A DNA stretch of 64,000 bases from Auanema rhodensis (Eukaryota; Animalia; Nematoda), in contig OZ059900.1 of the NCBI GenBank assembly GCA_964057225.1, positions 26,288,001-26,352,000 on the forward strand. Direction: 5' to 3'. The translations under genes and the position numbers were made by a program. Shown here piece by piece: positions 35,531 to 48,133 of the stretch. Positions within the stretch are counted from its first letter, which is position 1. Each line of letters starts with the position of its first letter. Under the pieces are notes generated by a model. The model had not been told where the DNA came from and did not search any database. It was given only the letters and a program-made list of their open reading frames with translations.

Positions 35531-38335
35531 GAACCACCCAGCGTGGTCGTTAGATCGCTCACATTCCCACATTTGGAAAATATTAATGAGCCAATGCATG
35601 TTGTCATGCCGCGGCTATTTAATGAGTTCCTTGATCGGTGCCTTGCTGAAAGTGGTGTGCCCGATAAACAAAAAGCACTATTTTGTTTATCAATAGAGCA
35701 CCCATCCTTTGAAAAGGGATCCATATTTATGGATTTCCGTAGAAGGGAGCATTTGGATGGCGTTGTCATCATGAATGCTATCAGCAAGGTGCAGCAATCA
35801 AAGCGAGAGGCTGTAATTAGCCAGGCAATGAATATTGAAATGTATGTGTTTGATGAGAGACCAGTGATACACATTGCCTGGCTAGAGCAGCAGTTGTGGG
35901 AATGTGGAAAGCCGATGAAGAGGCAGCAGAAGATGTAATTGAGAAGCGGAGGATTCAAAATCTTCGTCGCAACTACATCTTGTTGCCAAATCAACCACAT
36001 CATATCAATTTATTAAATAGGTGTGGTGTTTCTGTACATTTACCAAATTATAATTTGAACCATTTAAATATTATTGCAAGTTGTAATACAGACTATAAGT
36101 TTGTAGTATACGCTAGGCCACCTGGACAGCGTATCTTTAATGAAACGGCTAGCAAAGTGGTAACACTAGGCTACCGAAATAATCATTATGACTGTATTAC
36201 AACTTGTAGTAGATCACAGCTTTTCGATTGTATTATATGCCAACACTGCAAATTATCTTACAAAACAGTGTTGCATAGATGTAAAGCCAAGTGTAAGAAA
36301 TGCCACACCTTAAAATGTAATTCGATGGAAAATGTGGTTGAAAATAGCATAAGATGTGATAGTTGTAGAGTTTTGTTTAAAACTTGTCATTGCTTTGACA
36401 GGCATATTAGAAAAACATGTCAAATGTTTAAGGTAATTTAAAAAATATATATAAAATTTAACAAGACTAAATTCAGACATGTGAAAACTGTGATCATTAT
36501 CACAGAGTACGTGCTGATAGACCACACAATTGCAATGAGAAATTTTGCAAAAAGTGTGAGCAAACTAAGCCTGAAGATCATTCTTGTTGTTGGGTACCAC
36601 CTAACGACAAGAAGAAGGATCAGATAAAAAAGAGGCAAGAAAAATACAAGGTTTGTAATTAACATCTTTACAAGTGTAATACTTACTTGTTTAAGATTAT
36701 ATTTTATGATTTTGAAACGGTTGTGTTAAAAAACGGTACAAATGTTCATGAATATGCAGATGAACAATGGCCCAATATGGTTGTGTATAACAAATTTTGT
36801 GAAAGTTGTATAGATGCCAATTCAAGCGAAAAATGCACAACCAAGGAGGGCCATTTTGGGTATCAACAAGGTGATAGTGAATGGTCTGTAACAGATCGTT
36901 TTCTTGATTGGTTACTCAACTCTGTTGAGAATGATAATGCAATTTTGATAGCGCATAATGGTTCACGCTTTGACATACATTTCTTGGTGTCTAGGCTGAT
37001 AAACCATGGAATATATCCTGATCCAATTTTAAATGGGACCAAGATTATAAGCATGGTTGGCAGTAAACTATTTTTTACAAATTGCCGCACTTGTGCAGTC
37101 AAAAGTAAAAATGTAGCATGTGAGCACCAAAATGATGTAAATGCTCGAAAGCTGCATCTAACCGTGACACATGTTGAGCTCGAGTGTGCCATACAACATG
37201 GCTATAAAGTGCTTCATGTGCATGAGGTGTGGCACTGGGAAGAATGGCAGCAAGGCGGCCTGTTTAAAGAGTTTGTACAAAAGTACATAAAAATTAAACA
37301 AGAGGCGTCGGGCTGGCCAAAGATGACAGAGGAAGAAAAGGTATGTTTTCATAAAAGTATCACATTAAATAGAATTTTACAGATGATATATCTCCAAGAA
37401 CACGAGGTGAACACTGGTGTTGCTCTGGAGAGCAATAAAATTGAAAAAAATGCTGCCATGCGTAGCATTGCCAAACTGCAGCTAAATAGGTTTGTAAACT
37501 TTTTAAAACAATACATTACGAATTTGCTTATAGTGTCTGTGGTAAAATGGGTCAAAGACCTGATAAAGCCCAAACCAAGATTATTGGTGTTGAGGACCCA
37601 GAAATTCGTAGGATCATTACTGATCCTGCAAGGGAACTCACTGGGTTCAAAATTGTGGATAATGTTTCGTACTGCACAACAGTACCAGAGTATTCACATT
37701 TGGCACCACCGCATTTTACAAATGTAGCTATTGCGGCCTATACAACCGCTCATGCAAGGCTACTATTGTATAAGGCAATGGAGAAAAATGGAAAGAATTT
37801 AGTGTATACAGGTAATTTCATACTTTGTATACAATTTAAACATACATCATTTAGACACGGATTCACTAATTTATCAAAGATGCCTAGATGAGCCTGATTC
37901 AATTGAGGATATGAAGGGTGAATGGTTAGGTAAACTAACCTCTGAAATACCCGATGGTTGGTCAATGACCAAGTTTGTGTCACCAGCGGCAAAAGTTTAT
38001 AGTTATAAACTTGTAAATGCAGCTGGTGATGTAAAATATGTAACAAAGGCAAAGAGAGTGGTAAGTACGAGCTTTGACTTTTCAAATAATTTTATAATTT
38101 TCAGACGTTGTACCACACGGCAGCGTCAGTGGTAAACTTTGAAAGTATGGAGCGACTGGTTCGCGGACTCGTTATGGATGGAGAAAAATTGGTTTTAAAA
38201 ACCAATACAACCTTGTTAAAGAGGCAACTCGGTGCCACATCCACAATGGATATGACAAAAAGTACTAAAGTCGTAATGGATAAACTTTGTTATCTACAAG
38301 ATTATAGTACTTTACCCTACGGTTATTGTGTTTAA
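35531..38335 (+). pseudogene. Maverick pPolB with spliceosomal introns, internally deleted
   Basis: YDFETV, IAHNGSRFD, KIKQEASGWP; splicing 37490-37533 restores KLQLNSVCGKMGQR and splicing 37812-37854 restores YTDTDS; TLPYGY at the end; ExoIII/motif A region missing. Confidence 0.9.
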
Positions 38336-38475
38336 TATATTTGAATTTAATAATTTTTATCATCTTGTATATATTTGTATTTATAAAATTTTATCATTGT
38401 ACATGTATTTATTTTTAAAAATAGTTGTATTAGTAAATTTTATTCTTATATCTTTTAAAGAATTTATTACATACA

Positions 38476-39190
38476 TTACAAACTGGTATCAATATATGGA
38501 GCACGATTGTTGTCAATGGAAAGAATAGAGTCATACTCTGCATAAACAATTGCATCTTGATTGAGCAAATGTACATCGCTGATATCTACTTTCAAATTTG
38601 GAAACTCCTCCTTTAATGTAGTATCCTTGTTTTCATTATTCCAGCCTAGAGTGTCAATTAAAATATTATCACGGTTTGGATATGCAGTTAGCTCCATTTT
38701 TGAATAGTTTACAAACAGTCGCTCTTGATTAAATAGGTCGATACTGACGGGAGCAGCCATCTCACACAATATGCCATTTTTTACAAGCGCTTGACGCGTT
38801 CTAAATCCAGCACTGGATGCATTATCTATATATCTATCAGCATAATAGCCTGATATGGCAAGTTTGCTCTCTTTAACATCGTTGCTATACATTAAAATAT
38901 TCTCGATATATGTTTTATAGGCATGATTCACGGTAGAGTCATACACGCTAACATCGCCAATTTTCAAATGATAAGAATGTATTAAACTGGCAGCAAATTG
39001 TTGACATGGTGCAAAAACAAGGTTGTCTGGTACTGGATCACCGTTTGTGGTTACAATTTTAAATTTTACATTCAACCAACATCTTCTCAGATTGAGGAAT
39101 GATTTGGAATTTTGAGCTATAACAAATTCCCATGGTCCTTGAGGAAAAAACGTTTTTTTCAAAGGGACTTGTACAGTACGAGTAGACTCT
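38476..39190 (-). pseudogene. Maverick major capsid protein, internally deleted
   Basis: GPWEFVI, AYKTYIENILMYS, GYYAD, SIDLFNQERL and C-terminal IVYAEYDSILSID, as in Polinton MCPs; too short for a double jelly-roll. Confidence 0.75.
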
Positions 39191-39194
39191 ACAC

Positions 39195-39433
39195 CTAATG
39201 CCGACGCTGGTATATCACCTCATCGACAATTTCATTACCAGTTTTCAGCAACTGTCCGCCAAGAGGTGAATTTACAACTGGACTATTGCTTACAGCACTG
39301 GATAAGGCGTTTCTTCTGGCATTGATGAGATTTTGGGCTATAGGTGATTGAATGATGCGTGGAAGAAATGATGCCAAAGTTGCCAAAATACCACCCAAAC
39401 CATGACCCCTCTGCATTCCACGTTGAAACATCA
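39195..39433 (-). CDS. Small Polinton/adintovirus-type protein with QRGxGLGG amphipathic motif
   Basis: FQRGMQRGHGLGGILATLASFLP, located just upstream of the MCP gene. Confidence 0.6.
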
Positions 39434-39761
39434 TTCCGCTAAATATGGACATTTGGATGGTGTTCGTAGACGTTTGTGCCCTCATTGTAGTGAAACTTGT
39501 GGAACAAGATTCAATTGTGAGCGTCATATTCGGCGTATTCATAATAATAATGGAACGAATGGTGAAGATGGTGATGGAAATGATACCAGCAAACCCTTTA
39601 AAAAAGCTGAGGAGTTTGTACATTCAACCCAATCAAAAAGATGCCGCAGCAATATTGACGGAGAACATTCACAACACGAGCCGAGCGACAAACAAAACTG
39701 CCCTAAACTATCTTTTAAACCTTCGAAAATAAAAATGTGGTATTGTATAACTGTTGAATAA
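39402..39761 (+). CDS. Possible small C2H2 zinc-finger ORF
   Basis: CPHC-x12-HIRRIH exactly fits C-x2-C-x12-H-x4-H; overlapped by an alternative-frame ORF 39445..39732. Confidence 0.45.
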   Translation: MTPLHSTLKHHSAKYGHLDGVRRRLCPHCSETCGTRFNCERHIRRIHNNNGTNGEDGDGNDTSKPFKKAEEFVHSTQSKRCRSNIDGEHSQHEPSDKQNCPKLSFKPSKIKMWYCITVE

Positions 39762-39766
39762 AACGT

Positions 39767-40621
39767 TTATTTCATACTTTTAACATGCGATGTAACAACT
39801 GTAGAACCATAATTAAATTGCATAGGACGACCAAATTCATCTAAAATGTCAATACGTATAGTATCGAGTGTTTGTCTAGTGATTGGTACATAACGAATAG
39901 GATTAAATGTTTTGGCAATCATTTTACCAAATTCAGTAGGAGGTGGTACAGGTAAACATGCAAGTAAATTAGCTTTCACATTACCAAGAATGGAATATTC
40001 TACAATATCAATATATATACATTGTATTAATGTTATTTGAAAAATTAATGGGACGCCTGGCTATTATTGTATCGTTGATGTTTTTATTTTCAAAACCAAG
40101 AAAATATGCAAAATCATCACCAAGCGTTGCATTCATTAATAGTCGCTTGCTTGTTACAAACTCTATGCGCTGCAATGTTTTGTTAAACTGAAATGTGGCA
40201 TCTGCGAGCATTTCCTCCACTAGCTTAGCCTCAGCCTGGCAATTATTATACCAATTTTTTACATCTTCATCTTTATCTATTAAACGCTTAATACGTGCTT
40301 CTTCCTCAGCTCCAAGAGGCTTTGTATTGTTGGCGATAAATGATTCTCTTCCAGCATTGATTCCGCGTATTATTTCATCACCATTTGCATAGTTGCCTTT
40401 AGGCAAGTGCAGAATAAATTTTCTATTGGAAAAACGTAGTGTATAAGATAAATCTTTTTGAACATTCAATATAGAACAAGGAAAAATGATGTCTGTCAGC
40501 CCAATGCAATATCTATTATTGCGTAGCCTTAGTGTTTCAGGTAATCTGGTAAGAAACACTGATGATGTATTACTTTTTTCAGAGTCAACTGATGATGGAA
40601 GAGTAATGTAAAATCATCCAT
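39767..40621 (-). pseudogene. Maverick minor capsid (penton) protein, two frameshifts
   Basis: YITLPSS...NTSSVFLTRLP...YCIGLTDIIFP, MYIY/DIVEYSILGN..ANLL, PIRYVP, IRIDILDEFGRP.QF. Confidence 0.8.
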
Positions 40622-40698
40622 GACAAACCACCACTTGATACGTGTACACTATTGCAAATGAAATCATGCATTTTAGGTACATTTACGAGTGGTTGATT

Positions 40699-41346
40699 AT
40701 GGTTTTCAGCTTCAAACTACCCAGTCAGACAACTGTAATAGGTGCTACCCAATGCGGTAAAACAACCCTCATAAAGCACATATGCGAAAATACTGAGAAG
40801 TTTTTCAACGTCCCCATTGATAGAATATTCTGGTTCAGTCAATGTGGGTCATCGTCAGGTGTACCAATAAATGATGAGCGTTTAATAATTATTCAAGGGC
40901 CTCCTGATTCTGATTTGATAAAAGAACAAAATGGAGTAAATACTATACTAGTGCTGGATGATTTGATGAACTTTTTTTCATCGAATAAAGCAGCAAAGGA
41001 GATACTCAACAACATTTTTACAGTATGGGCTCATCACTGGAATTTGGCAGTGTTTAATCTTGTGCAAGCGGCATTTCAACTGGACAGGACCAGTCGAATC
41101 AATAGTACATATATGATACTGATGAAAAGTCATTCAGATATATTACAAATACGTAATTGTCTGCAGCAATTATTTGGGCCACGTTTCAAAAATGCTCTAG
41201 AGGCGTATGATGATGCAATGTCTACTCCCTATAGTCATTTACTGATTGACAATCATCCTTTAACAAGTGAGAAGCAGCGTATACTATCTGATCTAACAGC
41301 GGAAAACCCTATTGTTTATGTTGCCAGAAATGTGTTTAGTGTTTAA
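40699..41346 (+). CDS. A32/FtsK-like DNA packaging ATPase (Maverick)
   Basis: Walker A GATQCGKTT, Walker B LVLDDLM, FT..AHHWN....LVQ, RINSTY, PYSHLLID; ORF intact. Confidence 0.92.
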   Translation: MVFSFKLPSQTTVIGATQCGKTTLIKHICENTEKFFNVPIDRIFWFSQCGSSSGVPINDERLIIIQGPPDSDLIKEQNGVNTILVLDDLMNFFSSNKAAKEILNNIFTVWAHHWNLAVFNLVQAAFQLDRTSRINSTYMILMKSHSDILQIRNCLQQLFGPRFKNALEAYDDAMSTPYSHLLIDNHPLTSEKQRILSDLTAENPIVYVARNVFSV

Positions 41347-41358
41347 AGTGCTTGTTCA

Positions 41359-41667
41359 ATGAGTGGTCGTATTTTGTCAAATTTCAACTTTTTGTCTTCT
41401 TGCGCCAAAACTCCTTGTTCTGTTTCCTCATTTTCTTTTGCACAAATTGAAATTATTGTTGAAATTGTATGTAATATTGTGAAAAATAATAATTTTCTTT
41501 TAACTAACAAGGAATATAAAACCCTCTTGCCCATATCTTCATTATTACGTCAAATAGCTTTGATACGCACACCGGAAAAAGCTAAATCATTATTGGCAAC
41601 GCTTTCACACAAACAATTGAAAACAATAGTTACATGTGGTATTGCCTATTTTGGTTTTGAATCATGA
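41359..41667 (+). CDS. Conserved Polinton small hypothetical protein
   Basis: IVEIVCNIVKNN..L...EYK.L.....LLRQIA pattern; directly after the ATPase. Confidence 0.5.
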   Translation: MSGRILSNFNFLSSCAKTPCSVSSFSFAQIEIIVEIVCNIVKNNNFLLTNKEYKTLLPISSLLRQIALIRTPEKAKSLLATLSHKQLKTIVTCGIAYFGFES

Positions 41668-42341
41668 AGTTCCCCCCTGTCGACGAGGAAACAATTAATA
41701 TAGACAAGTTTGATGCAGAGCTCAAGCTTTTACGAGACAATAGAGCTATACCCGACTATAAAAAGGCTGAACTATACGAAGACTTGATTGCTCGTCTCAA
41801 AAACTATAGATAAAGTATAGATGCGCCCATATCAGTACAAATGGAAAATGCTGATCCACCTCTATTGCCAGAATACAAGTTGCCAAGAAAGTATAACAAT
41901 TTATGGAAGAAATTTCCAGAGGTGCGCACAAACAAGAGTAATCAACTTGTGATTAATAATGAGGCTGTACCAAACACGAATATTACAAAAATTTTAGGAT
42001 AAAACAAAAACGGAGCCCAATGGATTTTCAGTCTTGTCAAAGTTTTTAGCAAGTAAAGGCGCATCTAGTTCTAACAAGAAACAAACTAGAAGAGAGTCGG
42101 CTGACAATGATTCAGTTGACGTTGTAACTAGAGCTGAACCGGCTGTTACAGACTTGGACTCTACTATATTACCTAGAACGCCTCGTCATCGTAAAGCTGT
42201 TATTCGATATTCACCATCACCGGTTCGTACACTCGAAAGTAAAAGGTCAAAGACTTTTGATACTGCCGCCGAATCATATTACACACTACAAAAAGGAGAC
42301 TCACAGAATGGCCAAGGTCGTAAAAGGTTCTACATTAGATT

Positions 42342-42417
42342 ATGGAAATGATATTTTGGCGAGCATTTTTTACGATATAAAACATCCAGCTTCATATACA
42401 TCAGCCGAGAATTTAGA
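42342..42417 (+). pseudogene. N-terminal stub of the Maverick integrase
   Basis: ILASIFYDIKHPASYTSAENL resembles the L..YYDP.HP.S(F/Y) start of Polinton integrases; truncated. Confidence 0.55.
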
Positions 42418-42429
42418 AGCCATTACCCA

Positions 42430-42493
42430 CAGAGCATAATGGTGTGGGGAGGAATAACATCGACAGGGAAAACACCACTCGTCTTTGTCGAAT
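42430..42493 (+). mobile_element. Tiny maT/Tc1 transposase fragment
   Basis: Encodes IMVWGGITSTGKTPLVFVE, similar to LMVWGGITAKLKTPLVFIE at ~6780. Confidence 0.7.
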
Positions 42494-44018
42494 AAGTTGC
42501 AGGGATTTAAACCACACGGACTTTGTGGATGACGCAGCGTTTCTTCATTGGAACAGGGCGAGAACGCAGATGTGTGGAAAGGGTGGGTTGCAGCTGATTC
42601 ACGCAGCAGCCGCAGGAGGACAAGTTGCAGATAGGCAGTAAGTTTAATATTCTTCATTTTTTATATTTTATTCTCTTACATATTAATTTTGTTTTAGGTG
42701 TTCGTTATCGGAGAACAGGCAGGACCGGTTGGAATTAGGTGGTAGGCAGCAGAATAACGCAGATGCAGGTAGAAGGTAAGTGTTATTAATGATAAAGATT
42801 TTTAAATTAACATTTTTTTAAGGAGTATTTTTCCTCCGAGTTGGGCTTAGGAGATTGTGAGCACTCATCCAAATAAAAAAAAGAGAGAAAACATGCAGCT
42901 TGAAATGGAGATTAATAGTACGCTCGGCCGATTCGTAAGTTATAATTATTCTTGACTAGTTTATTCTTTTTATAGAGTTTGGCGGATTTATCCTCCATAT
43001 TACAATTCGTAAAGCGGTTGCGGGAGAATTTCCCGTCTTGGTCGTCTTTCTTAATATCGCAGATAACACCTGGCTTTGGCCGTTTTAGAAGCAGGATCCG
43101 AGAAATAGACCATACTATCGCAGGACTTAACAAAAGCTTGGAATGCTTGTTGCAGTACATGTATTGCGATTGCTGTGGGTGGTTTAATAGTGAGGAGGTT
43201 AGTTCAATATCCCTTTTTTTAATACGATTTTTTTAGGAGAGCAAGGTGTATTGCCATTTTATAAAAATGGAGATTAAGCCGTTTATATTTGGAGAATGTG
43301 AGTTAGATGACTGTTTATTTTTTATTTATTTTCTTTTTTCAGGTTCTGTCTATTCGCAATGGAAATGCTGTATTGTCGCATGCATCTCCATGATGTTGCA
43401 ACGCAGCTACGGGCGGCATAAGGCTTTGTGGCATGCCTTCATGTCTGTCAGGTTGAGGATACAGGCCACTTCGCAGGACGAGGACTATGAGGAGGAGGAG
43501 CAGAGTAAGAAGAAGCTGGAGGAGGAGGAGCAGAAGAAGAAGAAGCTGGAGGAGGAGGAGCTAGCCAGGAAGAAGAAGCAGGAGGAGGATCAGCAGAAAA
43601 AGGAGATCATGCAGGAGGAGCGTTTCTAAGTACCTCAACACGTGAGGAGAAAGTAAGGGTATGTTTTAATATATATTTTCTTGTTTAACCTATAGAAATT
43701 TCAGGAAATTTTAGCCGAAATGTCGGTTCTTCTTTGTTACTACTTGATATTCTACACAGGTGTAAGATCAGAGGTGTATTATAAGGCCGAGAGGTCAATT
43801 TATATCCAGGTAAATTAGTTTAATTTCATTCAGTTTTCAGTCATTTCTAATTACAGGAGCGAAAAAAAGAAAGACATTCGAAAGACCCAATTTTATTTTG
43901 TTTTGAATCTAGCAAGAATGGTTCTTGCATTTTTACGGCAATTGATTATTGGTTAATTCCGTTTTTCGATACCCTTCTCAGGTAATAACATTTTTTTTTC
44001 ATTATACTTTTTCTTCAG

Positions 44019-44911
44019 TTGGGGACAAAGAATATTGCCTGATCAGAAGGAACTGTTCATCTCTGTTAAGGCTGCAAAGCCCTCGAACATGAACGTGGCT
44101 ATGCGAAGGCATTCATGCCTACAACTTGTAGACTCAGATTTGCTACAAACTATGAATGTGCGAAGAGCGTTTTCGCTAGCAAGCGATATGCTTATTGATG
44201 TCGCATCGAATTGTGACGCCATGAGACGTCTCCAGGCCCGCTCGCAGGGGCATTCTACAGCGGTACAGGTTATATCTTTGTAACAGTTAACAGTTCAATA
44301 ATTCAGGTTAGATTCAAAGAGTATGTATATTACAACCGTGATACCGCTCTTGTTGGGTTTAAGAACGCTCTCATCATGATGAGCAGAGATGTCCAGCTGG
44401 ACACATACAATGATGTTATAGATTTCATAAGAAATCGCAATACTCTCCCTGAGGAGAAAGAAGAAGTTGTCCCTCTTGAAGGTCAAGCGGACACTGACAT
44501 GTGCACTATTTGCACCCTACTAACCACCGACCGAGTCATGTAACAACACTTATCACTACTATTCAATTAAATAAATTTCCAGAGTATCACCATGTTTCCA
44601 TGGTTTCTGTAACGACTGCTTCCTGAGACATTATGACATATCGTATGTCAAGAAAAATGCTCGAAATCTTTTGTGCATGATAGTGAGAACCTATTTTATA
44701 TTTGAATTTAAAACAAATTATTTAGTGCCGAACAGTTGTCACATGCATTGGTAAGGATTTCAACTATGAATCCAGAATCCTTTTGTACAAAAATAATAAA
44801 AATAGAAATATTAACCCGAGCACACCTATTAACATTCCTGAAATTAACCAGTCTCTCTCAACCAAAAGAAGAAATAATGTTACAATGGATGATTTTGTTA
44901 CCATCTCATGA
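44019..44911 (+). CDS. 3' exons of a C3HC4 RING-finger gene (upstream exons probably in 42494-44018)
   Basis: Splicing 44540-44582 and 44683-44725 gives CTIC...PCFHGFCNDC...LCMICRT; stop TGA at 44909-44911. Confidence 0.72.
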
Positions 44912-45457
44912 GAAGAATATTTTTGTTTTAATATTTTTATCTTTTTTTTATATTTTTGAATGTGCATAGCATATATGAATGAATGAATGTTTTTTTGTGA
45001 AGAAGAGATGAAAATGTTTTATTTAAAATGTTGTTACACTATGTTTAAGCATTATTCAGTGATTCGAAGTGTCCCCGGGACAGTTTGTTCAGTGATTCGA
45101 AGTGTCCCCGGGACAGTTTGTTCAGTGACGCCGGGACGATTCACCATCACAAAACTATTAAAAGTGATGGATTCGAATATGAAGTAAGATATGGTTAAGC
45201 CTAAGCCCGATATAACCAATTATGAAGAAGAGTGGAACGATTGAATCCATCACATATTCATTAAATGTGATGGATTCGATTATATATATTAATATGGGAA
45301 TATATATATATATATAATATAATATAATAAATATAATATATATATATACTATATATATATAATATAATATAATATAATATACTTTTTATTATTATATACA
45401 TATATACAATAAAAAATACTAATCATTATATATAGAAGGTTATACAATGCATTACAT

Positions 45458-45494
<37 letters not shown>

Positions 45495-46671
45495 CTATGA
45501 CGTCTATTGAATAGAAAGTAGGTCAATTGAATATATCACATATTTGTAAAATGTGATGGATGATATCTTAGGTATATCGGGCTTAGGCTTAGTTATATCG
45601 GGCTTAGGCTTAGTTATATCGAGCTAAGGCTTAGTTATATCGGGCTTAGGCTTAGTTATATCGAGCTAAGGCTTAGTTATATCGGGCTTAGGCTTAGTTA
45701 TATCGAGCTAAAGTATAGTTATATCGGGCTTAGGCTTAGTTATATCGGGCTTAGGCTTAGTTATATCGGGCTTAGGCTTAACCATATCTTACTTCATATT
45801 CGAATCCATCACTTTTAATAATTTTGTGATGGTGAATCGTCCCGGCGTCACTGAACAAACTGTCCCGGGGACACTTCGAATCACTGAATAATGCTTAAAC
45901 ATAGTGTAACTACATTTTAAATAAAACATTTTCATCTCTTCTTCACAAAAAAACATTAATTCATTCATATATGCTATGCACATTCAAAAATATAAAAAAA
46001 GATAAAAAATATTAAAACAAAAATATTCTTCTCATGAGATGGTAACAAAATCATCCATTGTAACATTATTTCTTCTTTTGGTTGAGAGAGACTGGTTAAT
46101 TTCAGGAATGTTAATAGGTGTGCTCGGGTTAATATTTCTATTTTTATTATTTTTGTACAAAAGGATTCTGGATTCATAGTTGAAATCCTTACCAATGCAT
46201 GTGACAACTGTTCGGCACTAAATAATTTGTTTTAAATTCAAATATAAAATAGGTTCTCACTATCATGCACAAAAGATTTCGAGCATTTTTCTTGACATAC
46301 GATATGTCATAATGTCTCAGGAAGCAGTCGTTACAGAAACCATGGAAACATGGTGATACTCTGGAAATTTATTTGATTGAATAGTAGTGATAAGTGTTGT
46401 TACATGACTCGGTCGGTGGTTAGTAGGGTGCAAATAGTGCACATGTCAGTCTCCGCTTGACCTTCAAGAGGGACAACTTCTTCTTTCTCCTCAGGGAGAG
46501 TATTGCGATTTCTTATGAAATCTATAACATCATTGTATGTGTCCAGCTGGACATCTCTGCTCATCATGATGAGAGCGTTCTTAAACCCAACAAGAGCGGT
46601 ATCACGGTTGTAATATACATACTCTTTGAATCGAACCTGAATTATTGAACTGTTAACTGTTACAAAGATAT
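44272..46671. repeat. Inverted repeat, ~0.93 kb arms (44272-45216 / 45760-46671)
   Basis: Mirror ORFs 44736..44969 and 45974..46207 etc.; AT-rich spacer. Confidence 0.95.
45568..45780 (+). repeat. 21-bp telomere-variant repeat (GGGCTTAGGCTTAGTTATATC) x~10
   Basis: Direct inspection. Confidence 0.92.
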
Positions 46672-48133
46672 GCTGGTCGTTTGTACCTACCCCCTGAAGA
46701 TTTGGGTCTTGGTTTGAAATCACTCGAGGAGATGGTGGAAAATGCCTTTATATATGCTTATGCGTATGTCGCCACTACCCCCTCACTGCAGTTTTCCTAT
46801 AGTCTATTCGAGAGACACAGCAAACGTGGCAAAAAGACTATTGTTTCAGCTTTCAATAAAGTTATAGAGCGTTATGTGATAACAGTTGAAAGACACTGTG
46901 AAAGAGCGATACCATCACTTATTATTAATGGGAACACGTTCGAAGGTCCCAGGGATGCGGCTCGAGCCATGATATCAGTACTGTGTGATCAAAGGAGAAC
47001 GCAGAGGCTTGAAAACTGGTTAAGTAAAAGCGCAGCATCGATGGTATATGGCGTAGCAAATATTAATATTAGTATGTCAGGCTTATGGTTGGAAAAAGGA
47101 TTGGTAAATAGCAAGACGGTGCGTAACATACTTGCTTTGCAGGAGTTCCAGCTCATTACTCGGTCCCATGTGGCGTCCAGGACTTGTGCGGGATGTAGAC
47201 TTTGTTCTGCTCCTAGAGAAACTCCGGAACATGTTGTTTCATGCTGTCCGCAATTTCGCCCAACCTTAATGTTAGACAGACATAATAGCGCGGCTCGAAA
47301 TATCTATTATTGGCTCTGTAAAAAGTTTGGTTTCCAAACGATACATCATACTCAGAAAGTTCCGGTAGTGCAAACGAACGGTGACAAGACGATATGGTGG
47401 GACAGGTACTTCGATACCCCAAATAAGCTGGATCATTATAGACCAGATATTGTTTACCATGATTCTTCGAGGAAAGCAATATATATTATTGAGATTGGCA
47501 TATCTTGGATTACCAGGATAGATGAAAACATCAGTCGTAAGTATAATAAATACGCGGTAAATTCGTGCTTATCTGACACACATGTGCTACCGTATCCACC
47601 AGGGTTATCTTTGGCTCGGGAGTTACAGAACATGTATGGTTCAACTGTGCATGTGGTACCTGTTGTGGTAGGGTGTGGTGGTGAAGTAACTGAGAGCTCT
47701 CTTGAGCACTTGAAAAGACTTCCTACTATAAGTCATGATGAAACTATCTACCTCTTGGAGAGAATCCAACGTAGTGCTGTATTAGGTACTGATAGAGTAA
47801 TTAAAGCCCACTTAAGTTCCTTCGGGAAAAATTAACTTCGATGAATCTCCACCAGGAAGATCGGTGGATGTGTCTTTGCGAGACTATTCTATTTGAGTTT
47901 ACTCTTATAGTAGATAATTCTGAATCAGCTGAATGGATGTGGCGAACATCTGGGTAAGAACAGTAAGCTGGTAACTTGAAGTAGAAAGACCTCCGGGAAA
48001 CAACAGGGTAATATCATAGGTTATTAACTCGTCGTACTGTGAACATGCACTGTCCCAGGTTCCATTCGGGTAACGCTAACATTTCTACGGATGGTTGTGC
48101 ACTCCTGTAACAAGGGTGCTTCAGTCGATAGTC
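46670..48133 (+). mobile_element. R4-like non-LTR retrotransposon, family A, 5'-truncated copy with intact RLE domain
   Basis: Near-identical to 57095-58273; CRLC...ETPEHVVSCC, RHN, RPDIV...IIEIG; followed by the 28S target AGTGACGCGCATG. Confidence 0.9.

Larger units (their letters stand above)
30352..38251 (+). repeat. Right arm of the large inverted repeat
   Basis: Reverse complement of 16533-23654 apart from indels and scattered substitutions. Confidence 0.95.
35531..42417. mobile_element. Decayed Maverick/Polinton (pPolB, major and minor capsid, ATPase, small conserved ORFs, integrase stub); no TIRs visible
   Basis: Clustered hallmark genes listed separately. Confidence 0.92.

Noticed and set aside
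16533-38251. Arms as Maverick TIRs or as an assembly artefact
   Set aside because: Arms are 7-8 kb, contain internal genes and end inside pPolB; independent substitutions and deletions argue against an artefactual duplication
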